Source: Pandoraea communis (GTDB lineage Bacteria > Pseudomonadota > Gammaproteobacteria > Burkholderiales > Burkholderiaceae). From it: a stretch of DNA of 32,000 nucleotides. How positions within the stretch are numbered: position 1 is the first letter of the stretch; the number at the start of each line of letters is the position of its first letter. This document shows positions 28,138 to 32,000 of the stretch, one piece after another. The translations under genes were made by a program, and so were the position numbers. The notes under the pieces were generated by a model. The model saw only the letters and a program-made list of their open reading frames with translations. It had not been told where the DNA came from and made no database searches. The stretch covers positions 778,957-810,956 of the forward strand of contig NZ_CABPSJ010000003.1 in assembly GCF_902459745.1 (NCBI RefSeq), read 5' to 3'.

Positions 28138-30680
28138 TCATCACCTCTGCCGCGTTTCGCGCCTTGAAAGATCTGCCGCCATTGGCTAGCACATTTGAGA
28201 GCATCCGCATGGTTTTCTGCCGCTAGGTGTCGTTCGAACTCTATCTCAAGCACCGACAACTGCGCGTATTGCTTACGCACCAGCATCCGCGTTGTGTCAG
28301 GTAGTACTCTATGTGAATGGCTTGCAATCTTCGCGGCAACGTCCCACGCACCGACTACGCTGAGAACCTCAATGCAGGCTGCGGACAGAACCCAATCATC
28401 GGGGCGTTGCTCGCACAAGGTTACTAGGCTCGCCTGCATGCCGAGCAAATCGCCTTTAGGAAGTTCACGTAGTAACGATACCAATTGATCGTCATAGGTT
28501 TCATGATGCTCCTCCGACTGCAAGAGCCTCAGAAGCAGATCGGGAAATCCCTTTATGGGTACGAGTCGCGTCAACATCCACGAGTGGCTGTTTCGTAGTA
28601 CGATCGCTACGTCGACCTTCATCAATACTGCAACAAAGACGGGGCCCCATACACCAGCAAAGCGTGGTTTCTCATGCAGGCGGCCTACTAGCAGCTCTAT
28701 ACACGTCACAAGAAACGAATCATGTTCGCGGTCGCCTTGAGCATACGCCCAGAAAATCACCATCAACCTCTCGGTAATTCGATCTTCGTATTCCGCTGGA
28801 AAGGAAATGCGCTCGAGTGCCTCGACGGCAGACTGATGAACGCCGATGATCGGGTCCGACAACAGCAACAGAAATGCGTCATGTACAAGGGAAGGAAGGT
28901 CGGATACCCGCGAGTGACGTAATTCTCGCAATGCCTGTGCGGCGGCCATCCTCACCAACGCGGACTCCCCGACCATTGCGCCATAGAGAAACGGGAGCAC
29001 GGCATTCGTTGATGCCGCTGTGTGCATCAACGGCGGCAAGGCCTTGATGAGAGCGCTGCGGAACTGCTCTGGCCACTGTATGTCGCTAGCGATGAAATCA
29101 ATGAATTTCCCCGCAGCAGTGGTACTTTCAGTCGCGGCGCTACTCGCCCATTCCAGCATGGCAGAACGCAGACCAGCCAATTGCTGCCGTCTGTTGTGGC
29201 GGTCCATTTGCGCAAGGAAAGCGCTCGCTTCGTCGGAAGAAACCTGCGCCGGCGAATTAGTGATGTCCGTGAGAGCCTGATCCAACAACGCAGCCGTTCC
29301 CAGCAGGAGTTCCATTTGATCGCATGCGACCTGAGTAAGCTGCTCCGGAAAGTGCCGCAAGGCTTCGTGAGTCTCCTGCATCACATCGTGATTCTGCGTC
29401 GCTGCAACCCACGTCAAGAGGCGGCGTAGCGCTGTCCCGTAAGGCCTGAGATTGGAAATCACGTCGACAGATTCAAAGCGACTGCCTGGCAATCTCAGCA
29501 AAGTGGAGTAAACGCCGGCGATCCGCCCTTCGCCAGCGGAAGAAGCTCCTTGATAGTAATTTACGAGCAATGTGTCGACTTGCTGATCGTCTGCCAACAT
29601 GGCATAGACGAGCGCCCGCTCCAGTTCGTGCACGACTTCGCGCATTTCCGAGTCCGAGTCGATATCGACTAATGAATCGACTCGAGCGAGTTTTGCCGCA
29701 AGGCTGCGAACCAAACTCAATGGATAGGCATTGCCACGATACGCGAGCGGAATCGCTCTCGCCGCAGTCTCGACAATGAAACCCGAGTGACTAGCGACCA
29801 GACTATCTAACGCCTTTTCTGCCGCATCGGGAAATCTGGACACCAAAGCTTGCAGTGCCTTGGGGCGCTTCTCGGGTTCGGAAAAATAAAAGTCGCTACG
29901 CTGCGGTGCAGCCAGCAAGCACAAACTCTTGACGGCCGTTTGCACTTGAGATGCATCAACTAAGTCAAGGTGTGCCACCAGGACTTCCGCAGCAGTCTCG
30001 ATATTGCATTCCCTCGAGAGACATTGCATCGCGCAAGAAACTTGCCGCTTGTGGTCCTGGGATACTATCCGCAGACAGCTCAATGCCGTCTCGATCGCCC
30101 ACGACTCGTTCGACTCAATCAGATGGAAGAGGTGGTTGACAACGTCATCGACAAACACCTCCGGCGCGAGATGGGCAGTTGCAATGATCTTCTCGGACGC
30201 TGACTCCGTACGAGTTTGATCCAATGCCTGCAGGTCTTCAATCAAAGAAGCAACAGGTACTGCGGCACTGGCCTGCAGTGCAGAGCGCACTTTCTGGCGG
30301 GAATCGAATTCGTCGCGAAGCTTTTTTTCCTGCCGCTCTTGATCGGCGACCCTAGCAGCCACTTGCTGGTCTCGACGGCTCACGAGCTCCGCAATATTGG
30401 GGAAACGCAACGGTTGACGGACCGTGCAATTTACGCAATTTCGATCGTAGAATGCGAGCGCCGCCTCCTCGAGATGCCAAGTTGCGAACCCGTCAGCAGG
30501 GGCGTGGTCACAGGCCATTGAGTGATGGCCGATCGGGAATCCGGTAGCGGCCTCGATCATGCCAACACCACCGGTTTTTTTAATCCTCGCGTGGCCGCAC
30601 CAGTTCTGGATAAGAACCTTAACTTCCTGGTTGCGCTGGCCGACTTCTACGGTCCGCAAGTAATCCCGTTCGCTAACCAT
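28134..30680 (-). CDS. Uncharacterised Cys/His-rich N-terminus plus helical (HEAT-like) repeat protein, translationally coupled to the nuclease-like gene
   Basis: 848 aa; aa 28-85 contain C28-x-H30, C57-x-H59, C82-x2-C85 (NWCGH, ACDH, NCVNC); alpha-helical repeat-like remainder (VRMAAAQALRELR, VHQSAVEALERIS). Stop and next start overlap as ATGA at 28134-28137. Confidence 0.8.
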   Translation of the reverse strand: MVSERDYLRTVEVGQRNQEVKVLIQNWCGHARIKKTGGVGMIEAATGFPIGHHSMACDHAPADGFATWHLEEAALAFYDRNCVNCTVRQPLRFPNIAELVSRRDQQVAARVADQERQEKKLRDEFDSRQKVRSALQASAAVPVASLIEDLQALDQTRTESASEKIIATAHLAPEVFVDDVVNHLFHLIESNESWAIETALSCLRIVSQDHKRQVSCAMQCLSRECNIETAAEVLVAHLDLVDASQVQTAVKSLCLLAAPQRSDFYFSEPEKRPKALQALVSRFPDAAEKALDSLVASHSGFIVETAARAIPLAYRGNAYPLSLVRSLAAKLARVDSLVDIDSDSEMREVVHELERALVYAMLADDQQVDTLLVNYYQGASSAGEGRIAGVYSTLLRLPGSRFESVDVISNLRPYGTALRRLLTWVAATQNHDVMQETHEALRHFPEQLTQVACDQMELLLGTAALLDQALTDITNSPAQVSSDEASAFLAQMDRHNRRQQLAGLRSAMLEWASSAATESTTAAGKFIDFIASDIQWPEQFRSALIKALPPLMHTAASTNAVLPFLYGAMVGESALVRMAAAQALRELRHSRVSDLPSLVHDAFLLLLSDPIIGVHQSAVEALERISFPAEYEDRITERLMVIFWAYAQGDREHDSFLVTCIELLVGRLHEKPRFAGVWGPVFVAVLMKVDVAIVLRNSHSWMLTRLVPIKGFPDLLLRLLQSEEHHETYDDQLVSLLRELPKGDLLGMQASLVTLCEQRPDDWVLSAACIEVLSVVGAWDVAAKIASHSHRVLPDTTRMLVRKQYAQLSVLEIEFERHLAAENHADALKCASQWRQIFQGAKRGRGDE

Positions 30681-30933
30681 GAGCTTAGAACCTCTGTTGT
30701 TTCAGGAGAATACAACTGCTGCAGTTCATTTTAATCGGTCGGCGCACCAAAACATGCAATGTCTGCTCCGGGGCGCGTTCAAACGGTCGCAACCGTCGCA
30801 AACTGGCCAGTTTTGGTCGTTCGACATGGACGGCCGGATCGTCGACAATCGCTACCTGACTTTCGTATTTCGCGTGTAATCATAGGCCAGGAGTGCTTAC
30901 GATCCCGGCAACAGTCCAAAAATCTCACGGACG

Positions 30934-31717
30934 CAGCCGGCAAGATGGTGTCCGGTATCAACGACGTCCGAGACGTGCTCCTGGCTACCTTTGGCCGTCG
31001 TGGCATGCGTGCCGCGGCCGATTGCACAAGGCTGTCATCGAGGGGCAGCGGCAGGACATTACCGACCTCTATAACGCGCGTATGAAAATGGCCCAGGCCT
31101 CGGCGTCGATGTCTGTGGGCGAATGCGGTCGCACGGTGCCCGTGCAAGAGACCACAATGAAAGCGGCTCAGTCCGAGATGGCTGTTGCGAAGGCGGGGCG
31201 CGACAAAGCACTGTGGGAGCTTGAGGCCGGCGATACACCTGTCAGCAGCACGCAGGGGACAAATACCCTCCCGCTGCCGGGTTCCTTTAAGGGCAGCGGC
31301 AGCGGCAGCGAGACACCGGGTACCGCTACGTGTCGCGCAACAAATCCGGGAAATATCCGCTACAGTGGTTTCGCTCGTAGTGCTGGCGCTATCGGCCAGG
31401 ACAGTAGCGGCTTTGCGGTGTTCCCGGACGCTGCTATCGACACCGAGGCCATGCAGGCTTTGCTCCGGTCCTATAATGGGTGCGGTCTCAATACCGTCGG
31501 CGGCGTGGTCGAGCGCTGGGCTCCGCCGAGTGAGAACGGTACCAGTAGCTGCGCAAAATCGGTCGCCAAGCGTCTCGGGGTTCGCGCCGACGGCACAGTG
31601 CATAGCCGAGCGATTGATCTGACGGTGGATACGGAGGAGGTGCTTGTCGCGGTGCTGCGCGACGAGCAGCAGGCGGTAAGGTTCGGCTTTTTGCGGTCGG
31701 GCTCCAGCGATCGATAG
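30934..31717 (+). pseudogene. Mobile-element remnant: frameshifted N-terminal part fused to a phage structural P5-like / lytic-enzyme-like domain
   Basis: TDAAGKMVSGINDVRDVLLATFGRRGMRAAAD in one frame continues as HKAVIEGQRQDITDLYNARMKMAQASASMSVGECG in another around 31020-31030; C-terminal part NPGNIRYSGFARSAGAIGQDSSGFAVFPDAAIDTEAMQALLRSY...NTVGGVVERWAPPSENGTSS resembles virion P5-type proteins. Confidence 0.5.
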
Positions 31718-31750
31718 AAGAAGCGGGCTTGAGCCACCGGAGCCGGGTGC

Positions 31751-32000
31751 TTAGCCGTGCACCGCTTGAAGGGGCTGGCCGCTTGGCTGGAGTGAGGGCG
31801 TCGGTCCGACGACGACGAGCGTGCCCTGTACCCGATCGAGGTCCATCGTCACAATCTCTATGTGATCGGACAACGCCTTTCGCAGTAGTGCAGCCTGTTC
31901 CAGCGGGACCATCGGACCGAGCAACAGCCGAGAGGGCTTGGATGGCAGATCGAAGTGTTCACTGTCAGTGATGATCCGGTACTCCTCCTCGTAGGCCCAC
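31751..32000 (-). CDS. C-terminal part of a DUF2971-like protein (5' end outside window)
   Basis: Reverse strand reads WAYEEEYRIITDSEHFDLPSKPSRLLLGPMVPLEQAALLRKALSDHIEIVTMDLDRVQGTLVVVGPTPSLQPSGQPLQAVHG*; WAYExEYRI is the typical DUF2971 C-terminal motif. This frame was not in the supplied ORF track. Confidence 0.6.
   Translation of the reverse strand, partial: WAYEEEYRIITDSEHFDLPSKPSRLLLGPMVPLEQAALLRKALSDHIEIVTMDLDRVQGTLVVVGPTPSLQPSGQPLQAVHG

Larger units (their letters stand above)
13235..32000. mobile_element. Genomic island / integrative element inserted at the 3' end of guaA (right end not in window)
   Basis: Integrase, AlpA-like protein and primase-helicase immediately after guaA; accessory gene content with variable composition up to the right edge; no second copy of the guaA 3' end found in the window. 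Confidence 0.8.

Noticed and set aside
30216-30521. Plus-strand ORFs inside 28.1-30.7 kb (e.g. 30216-30521, 29022-29429)
   Set aside because: All lie antisense to the long helical-repeat gene and show no motif or consistent neighbours.

Overview
The window is a Burkholderiales-like (Pandoraea/Burkholderia-type, by protein resemblance) chromosomal segment. Positions ~1-13,234 are ordinary core genome: rnhB, an SpoU/TrmH rRNA methyltransferase, ppsR, ppsA, an NfeD-like protein, an SPFH/paraslipin, smpB, ratA, rnfH, an EamA transporter, guaB, a small membrane protein and guaA. A tyrosine recombinase follows immediately after the 3' end of guaA, a known genomic-island hotspot, and everything from ~13,235 to the right edge reads as accessory DNA. 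The accessory part contains: (i) an integration/replication module (TTG-start integrase, AlpA-like excisionase/regulator, large PriCT-2/Toprim/DUF927 primase-helicase); (ii) a 1,451-1,477 aa minus-strand protein combining an HNH-like zinc domain, a NACHT-like STAND NTPase and a long repeat-like C-terminus, a candidate anti-phage protein; (iii) an unusual 255-bp cluster of eleven TGTTGGG/CCCAACA heptamers, nine of them in three triplets with 9/8-bp spacing; (iv) a putative secreted six-Cys protein divergent from an XRE regulator, plus small zinc-ribbon-like and membrane-anchored hypotheticals; (v) an ATGA-coupled two-gene minus-strand operon (Cys/His-rich N-terminus plus alpha-helical HEAT-like protein, then a protein with a C-terminal PD-(D/E)XK-like nuclease motif), the best candidate for an undescribed system; (vi) degraded mobile-element/virion-P5-like remnants and the C-terminal end of a DUF2971-like gene at the right edge. 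The right attachment site is not visible. All family calls are from reading motifs; no database search was run.
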